A stretch of 64,000 nt of DNA. It comes from Candidatus Methylomirabilota bacterium (GTDB lineage Bacteria; Methylomirabilota; Methylomirabilia; Rokubacteriales; DASRDR01). Below are positions 48,148 to 57,522 of this stretch, one piece after another. The translations under genes were made by a program, and so were the position numbers. The notes under the pieces are model-generated. The model did not search any database and had not been told where the DNA came from. It saw only the letters and a list, made by a program, of their open reading frames with translations. Position 1 is the first letter of the stretch; every line of letters starts with the position of its first letter. Where the stretch lies: contig DASYQW010000371.1 in assembly GCA_036005065.1 (NCBI GenBank), forward strand, positions 13 through 64,012, in the 5' to 3' direction.

Positions 48148-49950
48148 ATGGAACATGTCACGCCAGAACCCGAGCCCCTCGCGACGGCCCATCAGAGCGG
48201 GGGTGTCGGAACCGGAGCTTCCCTCAAGGAGGTGGGCAGGGGACGGAGCGCTCCGGATGAGGGCACGCGAGAGAGGGGTCCGGTCGGACCGCCGCCGGGC
48301 GCCGGGCAGGACGAGCTCGAAGACCTCTACCGGCAGAGCCTCCAGGATCTCGAGGAAGGGGAGGTGGTCCGCGGCCGGATCGTCGCCGTGAACGACACCG
48401 AGGTCCTCGTCGACGTCGGCTACAAGAGCGAGGGCACCATCCCGCTCGACGAGTTCCAGCGGACGGGCATCGTGCCCGTGGTCGGCGAGGACATCGAAGT
48501 CTACCTCGAGATGAAGGAGGACTCCGAGGGTCTGATCGTCCTGTCCAAGGAGAAGGCCGACAAGATCAAGGTCTGGGACGTCATCACCCGCGCCTACGAG
48601 AAGGGGAGTCCGATCGAGGGCAAGGTCGTCGAGGTCGTCAAGGGCGGTCTCGCCGTCGATGTCGGCGTGAAGGCCTTTCTCCCCGGGTCGCAAGTGGATC
48701 TGCGTCCGGTCAAGAACCTGGCCTCCATGCTCGGCCAGCAGATCCGGGCGCGCGTCATCAAGCTGAACCGGCGGCGCGGGAACGTCGTCCTCTCCCGCCG
48801 GGTGGTTCTCGAGGAGGAACGCGAGGAGAAGCGCAAGCACACCCTCTCGGTCCTGCAAGAGGGCATGGTCCTCACCGGCGTCGTCAAGAACATCACCGAG
48901 TACGGGGCGTTCATCGACCTCGGCGGTATCGACGGCCTCCTGCATATCACGGACATGTCCTGGGGACGTATCAACCACCCCTCGGAGCTGGTCCAGGTGG
49001 GCGACAAGATCGAGGTGATGGTGCTTCACTTCGACCGGGAAACCGGGCGCGTCTCCCTCGGGTACAAGCAGAAGGGCCCGGATCCCTGGGAGACGGTGGA
49101 AGAGCGGTTCGCGCCCAGCAGCCGGCACCACGGCAAGGTGGTGAGCCTGACCAACTACGGCGCCTTCGTCGAGCTGGAAAAGGGCGTCGAGGGGCTGGTT
49201 CACGTCTCGGAGATGTCGTGGACCCGGCGCGTCCGCCATCCTTCCAAGCTGGTCAACGTGGGGGACGAGGTCGAGGTGATGGTGCTCGACGTCAACAGGG
49301 GGCAGAAGCGGATCTCGCTCGGCATGAAGCAGGTCGAGCCGGACCCCTGGGACACGATCGAGCAGCGCTACCAGCCCGGCATGCGCGTCCAGGGCAAGGT
49401 CCGCAACCTGACCGACTTCGGGGCCTTCGTGGAGCTGGAGCCGGGCATCGACGGGCTGCTGCACATCTCTGACATGACGTGGGCCCGGAACGTCGCGCAT
49501 CCGTCCGAAGTCCTCAAGAAGGGCCAGGCCATCGAGACCGTCGTGCTCCATGTCGACAAGGAAGCCAAGCGGATCTCGCTGGGGCTCAAGCAGATCCAGC
49601 CCGACCCGTGGGAAAGCGCCGTCCAGAAGTTCCCGCTGGGGGCGAACGTGCGGGGCAAGGTCGTTCGCCTCGCGGAGTTCGGCGCCTTCGTGGAGCTGGA
49701 GCCCGGTATCGACGGACTCCTGCACATCTCGCAGATGTCGCACCGGCCGGTGGTCCGGCCCGAGGACGTGGTGCAGCTCGGCGACGAGCTCACGCTGAAG
49801 GTGATCCGCGTCGACCCCAACGAGCGCCGGATCGGCCTCTCGCTGAAGGAGCTGGCGGCCGACCTCGCCGTGATGGAGGAGCCGGAGCACTTCGGCCGCC
49901 GTGGCAAGCGGCGCGAGCGGGACGACCGCTACGACGATGACGACGAATGA
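48148..49950 (+). CDS. rpsA: 30S ribosomal protein S1
   Basis: Six S1 domains, preceded by a ~60-aa low-complexity N-terminal extension. SD GGGAGG 9 nt upstream of ATG 48148. Confidence 0.9.
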   Translation: MEHVTPEPEPLATAHQSGGVGTGASLKEVGRGRSAPDEGTRERGPVGPPPGAGQDELEDLYRQSLQDLEEGEVVRGRIVAVNDTEVLVDVGYKSEGTIPLDEFQRTGIVPVVGEDIEVYLEMKEDSEGLIVLSKEKADKIKVWDVITRAYEKGSPIEGKVVEVVKGGLAVDVGVKAFLPGSQVDLRPVKNLASMLGQQIRARVIKLNRRRGNVVLSRRVVLEEEREEKRKHTLSVLQEGMVLTGVVKNITEYGAFIDLGGIDGLLHITDMSWGRINHPSELVQVGDKIEVMVLHFDRETGRVSLGYKQKGPDPWETVEERFAPSSRHHGKVVSLTNYGAFVELEKGVEGLVHVSEMSWTRRVRHPSKLVNVGDEVEVMVLDVNRGQKRISLGMKQVEPDPWDTIEQRYQPGMRVQGKVRNLTDFGAFVELEPGIDGLLHISDMTWARNVAHPSEVLKKGQAIETVVLHVDKEAKRISLGLKQIQPDPWESAVQKFPLGANVRGKVVRLAEFGAFVELEPGIDGLLHISQMSHRPVVRPEDVVQLGDELTLKVIRVDPNERRIGLSLKELAADLAVMEEPEHFGRRGKRRERDDRYDDDDE

Positions 49951-49978
49951 TCATCGCTGCGGGTGACGAACGGCGCGG

Positions 49979-50899
49979 GTGACCGCGATGCGGCGACGGC
50001 TTCTCCGGGCGCTCGGGGTCACCAGCCTCGTCTTCGTCGCGTGTCTCATCGCGATCCTGGGCCTCCTGGTCCTCGCCGAGCGCACCAACCTCTCCTTCGG
50101 CGGGAATCGCGTGGCGCTCGTCGAGGTCGAGGGAATCATCCTCGACGCCGACCGGGTTGTCCGCGAGATCGAGGAGCACCTCGAGGATTCCTCCATCCGG
50201 GCCATCGTCGTCCGGATCCAGAGCCCCGGCGGAGTGGTGGCGCCGACCCAGGAGATCTACGACGCCATCCGACGCGCCCGGGCCAAGGGTAAACCCGTCG
50301 TCGCCTCGATGGGCGCGATCGCCGCGTCCGGCGGCTACTACCTCGCGGTGGCCGCCGATCGCATCGTCGCCAACCCGGGCACGCTGACCGGCTCCATCGG
50401 GGTCCTCATGCAGCTCGCCGACCTCGAGGGGCTCCTGAAAAAGGTCGGGGTCCACCTGACGGTCGTCAAGGCCGGCCGGTACAAGGACCTCGGGAACCTG
50501 GGGCAACCCATGAGCGAGGAGGAGCGGGCCATCCTCCAGGCGTTGCTCGACGACATCTATGACCAGTTCGTCACCGCCGTCGCCGAGGGCCGGGGCCTCG
50601 ACCGCACGCGGGTGCTCGGCCTCGCCGATGGCCGCGTGTACTCGGGGCGACAGGCGAAGGAACTGGGCCTCGTCGACACGCTGGGGGGGCTCGAGGACGC
50701 GGTCCGAACGGCGGGGGACCTGGCCAAGATTCCGGGCAAGCCCCGTCTGGTCCGGCCCCGCCGCCCCTTCCGCCTCGCCGACCTCCTCGACTGGGTGGCG
50801 AGCCAGACCCCGCTCGGGGGACTGACCTCAACCCGCGGTGCGCTCCCTTCGATCTCGTCCCTCGGCTCCGCGAAACTCCCGCTCTTCCTCATGGAGTAA
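49979..50899 (+). CDS. sppA: Signal peptide peptidase SppA (36K type, S49)
   Basis: N-terminal TM plus a ClpP/crotonase-like S49 domain. Confidence 0.85.
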   Translation: MTAMRRRLLRALGVTSLVFVACLIAILGLLVLAERTNLSFGGNRVALVEVEGIILDADRVVREIEEHLEDSSIRAIVVRIQSPGGVVAPTQEIYDAIRRARAKGKPVVASMGAIAASGGYYLAVAADRIVANPGTLTGSIGVLMQLADLEGLLKKVGVHLTVVKAGRYKDLGNLGQPMSEEERAILQALLDDIYDQFVTAVAEGRGLDRTRVLGLADGRVYSGRQAKELGLVDTLGGLEDAVRTAGDLAKIPGKPRLVRPRRPFRLADLLDWVASQTPLGGLTSTRGALPSISSLGSAKLPLFLME

Positions 50900-50996
50900 T
50901 TCCGCGGGCGGTCCCGCCGAGCCATCGTGCGCAGCTCGGCCGGTCAGGCTCCTCTCTGACGGCCGCACGGCTCCCCCATTGTCACAACCCCGCGGC

Positions 50997-51026
50997 TTGA
51001 CAGGCGTTTTCGCTCCGTGGTAGCGT
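50997..51026 (+). promoter_or_regulatory. Candidate sigma70 promoter of the IHF-like gene
   Basis: Perfect -35 TTGACA (50997-51002), 18-nt spacer, extended -10 TGgTAGCGT. An inverted repeat TGTCA-N13-TGACA overlaps the -35. Confidence 0.4.
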
Positions 51027-51143
51027 GAGGCCGCTTCGAAACGTCGAGGAGGGCGGGCGCGGGTCCCCGGCCGCCCGTCACGCCCTCGGGGCGGACACGA
51101 GATGGGTAGCCCGACCGGAGAAGGGGGAGCAAGCGTGCCCACG

Positions 51144-51419
51144 ATGACGAAGGCCGACCTGGTGGACGAGGTCGCCAAGGTCTCGAACCTCACCAAGAAA
51201 GAGACCGAGCTCATCGTCAACACGATCTTCGACAGCATCAGCGGCGCCCTGGCGAAAGCGGAGAAGGTCGAGCTGCGGGGCTTCGGCAGCTTCCGTGTGC
51301 GCCGCCGGAATGCCCGCCGGGGGCGAAATCCCAAAACCGGCTCGAGCGTCAGCGTGCCCGAGAAGCGGGTCCCGTTCTTCAAGGTCGGAAAACGCCTGAA
51401 AGAGCTCGTCAACGGCTAG
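51144..51419 (+). CDS. Integration host factor-like DNA-binding protein (HU/IHF family, beta-type)
   Basis: MTKADLVDEVA...VELRGFGSFRVRRRNARRGRNPKTG...VPFFKVGKRL matches the IHF beta arm. The likely start is ATG 51144 (91 aa). Confidence 0.8.
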   Translation: MTKADLVDEVAKVSNLTKKETELIVNTIFDSISGALAKAEKVELRGFGSFRVRRRNARRGRNPKTGSSVSVPEKRVPFFKVGKRLKELVNG

Positions 51420-51505
51420 CCGCGCGAGCCGTCCGGGCACACGCTGTCTAGGTCTGCCCGCGATCGGACCGCGTCTCGGCTCCGGCCGGAGAGTCCGGTA
51501 GCGCC

Positions 51506-51988
51506 GTGGATGTACTCTGGGCGCCCTGGCGAATGTCGTACGTGAGCGGCGCGCACCAGCCGGAGGGGTGCCTCTTCTGCACAGCGCTCGCCGCCGGTGA
51601 CGATGCCCAGCACCGGATCCTGGACCGCTCGCGGAGTGCCTTCCTCATCCTCAATACCTTTCCGTATTCGAGTGGCCACCTCATGATCGCGCCGAACCGC
51701 CACGCCGCCTCGCCGGAGGACCTCGACGACCAGGAGAGCCTGGACCTCATGCGCGTGACCCGGCGGGCGCTGGCCGCGCTGCGCGCCGTCTACCGGCCCG
51801 ACGGGTTCAACCTCGGCGTGAACATGGGGCGCGCGGCCGGGGCCGGGATCGAAGGGCACTTCCACCTTCACGTCGTGCCGCGCTGGGCGGGCGACACGAA
51901 CTTCATGCCGGTCGTGGGGGCGGTCAAGGTGATCCCGGAAAGCCTCGACGAGACGTACCGCCGCCTCCGGGTACACCTGTCACCGTGA
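51506..51988 (+). CDS. HIT-family nucleotide hydrolase/transferase
   Basis: Histidine triad GHFHLHVVP. Confidence 0.8.
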   Translation: MDVLWAPWRMSYVSGAHQPEGCLFCTALAAGDDAQHRILDRSRSAFLILNTFPYSSGHLMIAPNRHAASPEDLDDQESLDLMRVTRRALAALRAVYRPDGFNLGVNMGRAAGAGIEGHFHLHVVPRWAGDTNFMPVVGAVKVIPESLDETYRRLRVHLSP

Positions 51989-52155
51989 GGGGATCGGGTG
52001 GTGGCGAGTCCTCCGGTCCGCCCGAGCCCCGCGGTCACGTCGTGACGCCGCCCTGGGCGGCCGACGAGCCTTCCCCGCCGGCCGCCGACGAGCGGGGGGA
52101 CGCCGCGCGGGCTCCGGTGGCGGACGACACGCCCCCCTCGGTCGCCGGCGAACGG

Positions 52156-54768
52156 ATGACCCCTCCCGCGCGCGAGGCAGCGACCGACGACACCCCGATG
52201 ATGCGCCAGTACCGCGAGTGGAAGCGCCGGTACCCCGACTACCTCCTGCTCTTCCGGCTGGGCGACTTCTACGAGGCCTTCTACGAGGACGCCGCCGTCG
52301 CCGCTCGGGCCCTCGACATCGCCCTGACCTCGCGCCAGAAGGGCGAGGGGGCGATCCCCATGGCGGGCGTCCCCCACCACGCCGTGGACGGGTATATCGC
52401 GCGGCTGATCCGCGCCGGCCACAAGGTCGCCCTCTGTGATCAGGTCGAGGCGGCGCCCGCGAAGGGGCGAAAGCTCCTCCGGCGCGAGGTGATCCGCCTC
52501 ATCACCCCGGGCACTGTCACCGAGGCCGGGCTCCTCGAGAGTCGGCAGAACAACTTCCTCGGCGCGCTCGCCCGAGCCGGGGATCGGCTCGGGGTGGCCC
52601 TGGTCGACCTGACCGCCGCGGACTTCTGGGTCGGCGAGGCGGCCGACCCGGCGGCCCTGGCCGAGGCCGTCCTCCTGCGCCGCCCAGCCGAGGTGCTGGT
52701 TCCGGCCTCGCTCCCCCCGACCGATCCCGTGGTCGCCCGCTTGCGCGAGGCCGGGGTGCTCCTCACCACCCGCGACGCGAGCGAGTTCGCGCCGCGAATC
52801 GCGGAAGAGCGTCTCCGGGAGCATTTCCGGGTGGCGGCGCTCGAGGGGCTCGGTCTCGGCGGGCAGGCGGCGGCCGTGCGGGCCGCCAGCGCGGTGCTCG
52901 GGTACCTTCAGGAGACCCAGCAGGCACCTCCCGCCCACCTCACGCGGCTCCAGCGCCTGACCCTCGAGGACCATCTCGTCCTCGACGAGGCGGCGGCCCG
53001 CAACCTCGAGCTCGTCGAGAGCCTCCACGACCGGACGACCCGCGGCTCGCTCCTGTGGGCCCTGGATCGGACGCTCACCCCCATGGGCGGCCGGCTCCTG
53101 CGCCAGTGGGTCCTCCGGCCGCTCCGGGAGCCCGCCGAGATCAACCGGCGCCTCGGCGCCGTCGGAGCACTCTCGGACGCGCCCGCGCTCCTCGAGACCC
53201 TCCGCGGCCACCTCGACGCGATCGGGGATCTGGCGCGCCTCGCCAGCCGCGCGTCGCTCGGAGTGGCGACGCCGCGGGATCTGGTGGCGCTGCGGGCCGC
53301 CCTCCGCCCGCTGCCGGCCCTGCGAGAGCGCGCGAGCGAATCGCCGGATCCCCACCTGCGGGAGACGGCCCAGGCCGTGGAGGATCTCGGCCCGCTGGCC
53401 AAGCAGCTCGAGGCGGCGCTCGTCGAGGACCCGCCGCTCACGGCCCACGAGGGCCGGCTGATCCGGGAGGGATACAGCCCGGCCCTGGCCGATCTGCAGG
53501 CGGAGATCCGCGCGGCGAAGGCCTGGATCGCCGGGCTCGAAGCGCGGGAGCGGGAGCGCACGGGGATCCCGACCCTGCGCGTGCGCTTCAACCGCGTCTT
53601 CGGATACGGAATCGAGATCTCGAAGTCGCATCTTCCCCTGGCGCCCCCCGAGTACGCGCGCCGCCAGACCCTGGTCGGGGCGGAGCGGTTCGTCACGCCG
53701 GAGCTGAAGGAGCAGGAGGCGAAGATCCTCGGCGCCGAAGAGCGACTGAACCGGCTCGAGTTCGAGCTCTTCGACGAGCTGCGCCGCGCGGTGGCGGGGG
53801 AGACCGACCGGCTGCTGCGGACGGCCCGCGCGGTGGCAACCCTCGACGGGCTGGCGAGCCTCGCCCACGTCGCCCGCGAGCGCGGCTACGCGCGTCCCGT
53901 CGTCGACACCTCGGCGGTCCTGGAGATCCTCGAGGGGCGGCACCCCGTCCTGGAGCTCCGGACCGACGGCGCCCCCTTCGTGCCGAACGACCTCGTGCTC
54001 GACGGCGAGGACACGAGCTGCCTGGTCCTCACGGGCCCCAACATGGCCGGCAAGTCCACCTACATGCGGCAAGCGGCGCTGATCGTGCTGCTCGCCCAGC
54101 TCGGAAGCTTCGTGCCGGCGCGCTCGGCCCGGGTCGGCGTCGTGGACCGGATCTTCACGCGCATCGGGGCTCAGGACAACCTCCTGCGCGGCCAGAGCAC
54201 CTTCCTGGTCGAGATGACCGAGACCGCCGCCATCCTGCGCTACGCGACCTCGAAGAGCCTCGTCCTCCTGGACGAGATCGGCCGGGGCACCTCCACGTTC
54301 GATGGCCTCGCCATCGCCTGGGCGGTGGCCGAGTACCTCCACGAGCGCTGCCCGGGCGCCAAGGTGCTCTTCGCCACGCACTACCACGAGCTGACCCGCC
54401 TGGCCGCCGAGCTGCCCCGCGTCCGCAACGTGCACGTCGCCGTCCGCGAGTGGCGGGACGGGATCGTCTTCCTCCACAAGGTGCAGCCCGGCGGCACCGA
54501 CCGGTCCTACGGGATCCAGGTGGCCCGGCTGGCCGGCCTTCCCGACGAGGTGGTGAGCCGGGCCCGGACGCTTCTCCAGGAGCTCACCCAGCGGGCACCG
54601 GCGCCGGCGCCGCCACCCGGCGCGGCCACCGGTCAGCTGGCGCTCTTCCCGCCGGTCTCACATCCGGTCCTCGAGGCCGTGGCCGCCCTCGATCCCGACG
54701 CCATGACGCCGCTTCAGGCCCTGAACGCGCTCCATGCTCTCCGCCAGAAGCTGCAGGACGGCGTGTGA
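52156..54768 (+). CDS. mutS: DNA mismatch repair protein MutS
   Basis: TPMMRQY...LLFRLGDFYEAFYEDA mismatch-binding domain and a Walker A motif (GPNMAGKST). The chosen start is ATG 52156; alternatives are GTG 51985 (overlapping HIT) or ATG 52198. Confidence 0.9.
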   Translation: MTPPAREAATDDTPMMRQYREWKRRYPDYLLLFRLGDFYEAFYEDAAVAARALDIALTSRQKGEGAIPMAGVPHHAVDGYIARLIRAGHKVALCDQVEAAPAKGRKLLRREVIRLITPGTVTEAGLLESRQNNFLGALARAGDRLGVALVDLTAADFWVGEAADPAALAEAVLLRRPAEVLVPASLPPTDPVVARLREAGVLLTTRDASEFAPRIAEERLREHFRVAALEGLGLGGQAAAVRAASAVLGYLQETQQAPPAHLTRLQRLTLEDHLVLDEAAARNLELVESLHDRTTRGSLLWALDRTLTPMGGRLLRQWVLRPLREPAEINRRLGAVGALSDAPALLETLRGHLDAIGDLARLASRASLGVATPRDLVALRAALRPLPALRERASESPDPHLRETAQAVEDLGPLAKQLEAALVEDPPLTAHEGRLIREGYSPALADLQAEIRAAKAWIAGLEARERERTGIPTLRVRFNRVFGYGIEISKSHLPLAPPEYARRQTLVGAERFVTPELKEQEAKILGAEERLNRLEFELFDELRRAVAGETDRLLRTARAVATLDGLASLAHVARERGYARPVVDTSAVLEILEGRHPVLELRTDGAPFVPNDLVLDGEDTSCLVLTGPNMAGKSTYMRQAALIVLLAQLGSFVPARSARVGVVDRIFTRIGAQDNLLRGQSTFLVEMTETAAILRYATSKSLVLLDEIGRGTSTFDGLAIAWAVAEYLHERCPGAKVLFATHYHELTRLAAELPRVRNVHVAVREWRDGIVFLHKVQPGGTDRSYGIQVARLAGLPDEVVSRARTLLQELTQRAPAPAPPPGAATGQLALFPPVSHPVLEAVAALDPDAMTPLQALNALHALRQKLQDGV

Positions 54769-54817
54769 CATCGCCCAGCGTCGCACCCGATCACGTGGCT
54801 GATCCGAGGGTACGCTC

Positions 54818-56536
54818 GTGAGCGGGGTGGCCCGGCCCGTCCGGCGGCTCCCCGACGCCGTCGTCAACAAGATCGCGGCCGGCGAGGTCGTGGAGCGTCC
54901 CGCCTCGGTGGTCAAGGAGCTCGTCGAGAACAGCCTCGATGCGGACGCGTCGCGCATCACGATCGCCGTGCGGGGCGCCGGCCGTCAGCTCATCTCGGTC
55001 GTCGACGACGGCCACGGCATGGGACCCGATGACTCGCGCCTGGCCCTGGAGCGCCACGCCACCTCCAAGCTCGCCGCGGAAGCCGACCTGGCGACGATCG
55101 CCACGCTCGGCTTCCGGGGAGAAGCGCTCCCCGCCATCTTCGCCGTCTCGCGGCTCACTCTCGCCTCGCGGCTGCGGGGCGCGCCGGGCGGCTACCTCAT
55201 CCTCGGGGAGGGTGGCATCGTGCTCGAGGCCGGCGCCGCGGAGGTGCCGGAGGGAACCTCGATCGAGGTCCGCGACCTCTTCTTCAACACGCCGGCCCGC
55301 GCGAAGTTCCTGAAGAGCCCACCCACCGAGCAGGCCGCGATCACCCGCGTCGTGACGCAGCTCGCGCTCGCCCACCCTGGCGTCCACCTGCGGCTCACGG
55401 CCAACGGGCGCCTGGCCCTGAACGCGCCCCGGGGGGCCACGCCGCGGGAACGCCTCGGCGGGCTCTACGGGTTCGGGCTGGCCGGGAGGCTCCTCGAGGT
55501 CACGGGAGAGGCGGGCGGCGCGCGCCTCACGGGGCTGGTCGCGCCGCCTTCACTCTCCCGGACCCACCGGGACGACATCCACCTCATCATCAACGGGCGC
55601 GCGGTACGGGACACGCTCCTCAGCCAGGCGCTCATCGAGGCGTATCGCCCCCTGCTCCCGCGCGATCAGTTCCCGCTCGCCGTCCTCCTCCTCGCCATGG
55701 ATCCCGCCGAGGTCGACGTCAACGTTCACCCGACCAAGGCCTGGGTGCGCTTCCGTCACCCCCGGGTCCTGCACGACCTGGTCTACGAGGCGACCTCTCG
55801 GGCCCTGCGCCAGCTCGAGGTCGTCCCGGCCCAGCGGCTCACCGTCCCGTTCGGCGACGCGATCCCATTGGCGACCGGCGCCCTGTCGGAATCGACAGGC
55901 GCCGGCGAGAATCAGGCCTCGCTCTTCCGCGATGGTGACGCGGCCTACGACGCGGCGCCGCTCTTCGGCCAACCCATCGGGCAGATCGAGGACACGTTCA
56001 TCGTCGCCTACACGCCCGAGGAGGTCTTCTTCGTCGACCAGCATGTCGCGCACGAGCGCGTCCTCTTCGAGCGCCTCAGGAGCGACCTCGAGGCCGGGCC
56101 TCTGACCGGCCAGGCGCTTCTCTTTCCCGAACCCCTCGAGCTGTCCCCGGCCCGCCGGCGGGCCGTCGAGCGCGCCCTCCCGGACCTCAGCCGGCTCGGC
56201 TTCGCGATCGAGGGCTTCGGCGGTGGCACCCTGCTGCTGCGCGGGGTACCCTCGCTCCTGCGCAGCGACGAGCCGCAGCGGCTGGTGGACGACCTCGCCC
56301 GCGAGATCGAGGACGAGGGGAGCCGGCCGAGCTCCCCGGTCCTGGACCGGCTCCTCGCCTTCGTGGCGTGCCGCGCTGCCATCAAGGCCCACGAGCCGCT
56401 GCCGCGAGAGGAGATGGCGCGGCTTCTCGCCGACCTGGCCGCCACCGCGACCCCCTTCTACTGCCCGCACGGCCGCCCGGTGGTCTCGCGCATCCCACTG
56501 GGCGACATCAAGCGCGAGCTCCGCCGGACCTGGTAG
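54818..56536 (+). CDS. mutL: DNA mismatch repair protein MutL
   Basis: GHKL ATPase N-terminal domain (VVNKIAAGEVVERPASVVKELVENSLDA) plus a C-terminal dimerisation domain. Confidence 0.9.
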   Translation: MSGVARPVRRLPDAVVNKIAAGEVVERPASVVKELVENSLDADASRITIAVRGAGRQLISVVDDGHGMGPDDSRLALERHATSKLAAEADLATIATLGFRGEALPAIFAVSRLTLASRLRGAPGGYLILGEGGIVLEAGAAEVPEGTSIEVRDLFFNTPARAKFLKSPPTEQAAITRVVTQLALAHPGVHLRLTANGRLALNAPRGATPRERLGGLYGFGLAGRLLEVTGEAGGARLTGLVAPPSLSRTHRDDIHLIINGRAVRDTLLSQALIEAYRPLLPRDQFPLAVLLLAMDPAEVDVNVHPTKAWVRFRHPRVLHDLVYEATSRALRQLEVVPAQRLTVPFGDAIPLATGALSESTGAGENQASLFRDGDAAYDAAPLFGQPIGQIEDTFIVAYTPEEVFFVDQHVAHERVLFERLRSDLEAGPLTGQALLFPEPLELSPARRRAVERALPDLSRLGFAIEGFGGGTLLLRGVPSLLRSDEPQRLVDDLAREIEDEGSRPSSPVLDRLLAFVACRAAIKAHEPLPREEMARLLADLAATATPFYCPHGRPVVSRIPLGDIKRELRRTW

Positions 56537-57510
56537 CGCGGCCCAGCGACCCGGAGGCGGCGCCGGAGGATCCGATCCCGGTCGTCGCCATCGTCGGCCC
56601 GACCGGGGTGGGGAAGACCGCGCTCGGGGTCGCCCTCGCGCGCGAGTGGCCCATCGAGGCGGTCAGCGTCGACTCGCGCCAGGTGTACCGGCGCATGGAC
56701 ATCGCCACCGGCAAGCCGACCGCGGCGCAGCGCCGCACGCTCCGGCATCACCTGCTGGACATCGTGGAGCCGGATGAGCCCTACGACGCCGCGCGCTTCG
56801 CCCGGGACGCGGCGCGGGCCATCGCCGACATCCGCGCTCGGGGCCGCTGGCCGTTCCTGATCGGGGGTACCGGACTCTACCTGCGGGCGCTTCTGCGGGG
56901 CCTGTCGCCCCTGCCGGCGGCGGACCTGGCCCTCCGCCGCCGGCTCCGGGCCGAAGCGACCGCCGGAGGCCCCACCGCGCTCCACCAACGGCTCGCCGAG
57001 TTGGACCCGGCAGCGGCGGCCCAGCTTCACCCGCGTGACCTCGTCCGCGTCACGCGCGCGCTGGAGATCGTGCTGCTGACCGGCGAGGCGGTCAGCGCCG
57101 CCCGAGCCCGGGCCCGGCACGAGCCTCCGCCCCCGTACCGGGCCCTCACGGTCGGCCTCACGATGGCCCGCGGGGCGCTCTTCGCCCGGCTGGACGCGCG
57201 GGTCGACCGGATGATCGCCGAAGGGCTCCTGCCCGAGGTGGAGGCCCTCCTCGCCGCCGGTTTCGCCCTCGATCTCCCCGCGATGCAGGGGATCGGCTAC
57301 CGGCACCTGGCCCCGGTCGTGACACGGGGCGGGTCGCTGGTTGATGCCGTGCGCGTCATGAAGCGAGACACCCGGCGCTACGCCAAGCGCCAGTGGACCT
57401 GGTTCCTCCGCGAGGCGGCCGTCCAGTGGGTTTCCGTCGATCCCGGCCAGCCCGGAATGGTGATCGCCCAGGTCAAGAAATTGGTTGAACGGGCGCGTAT
57501 CTTCGGCTAA
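56368..57510 (+). CDS. miaA: tRNA dimethylallyltransferase. The start is unresolved: the only canonical in-frame start, ATG 56368, overlaps mutL by 169 nt, and the P-loop begins at ~56581.
   Basis: [14 protein letters not shown]-loop and the IPT family signature. No ATG/GTG/TTG lies between the mutL stop and the P-loop. Confidence 0.75.
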   Translation: MPRCHQGPRAAAARGDGAASRRPGRHRDPLLLPARPPGGLAHPTGRHQARAPPDLVARPSDPEAAPEDPIPVVAIVGPTGVGKTALGVALAREWPIEAVSVDSRQVYRRMDIATGKPTAAQRRTLRHHLLDIVEPDEPYDAARFARDAARAIADIRARGRWPFLIGGTGLYLRALLRGLSPLPAADLALRRRLRAEATAGGPTALHQRLAELDPAAAAQLHPRDLVRVTRALEIVLLTGEAVSAARARARHEPPPPYRALTVGLTMARGALFARLDARVDRMIAEGLLPEVEALLAAGFALDLPAMQGIGYRHLAPVVTRGGSLVDAVRVMKRDTRRYAKRQWTWFLREAAVQWVSVDPGQPGMVIAQVKKLVERARIFG

Positions 57511-57522
57511 CCTCGGTGGGAC

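Noticed and set aside
48148-48330. Possible mis-called start of rpsA because of the ~60-aa low-complexity N-terminal extension
   Set aside because: There is no in-frame ATG/GTG with a usable SD spacing downstream before the first S1 domain. ATG 48148 has a good SD (GGGAGG, 9 nt). The extension is accepted as real.
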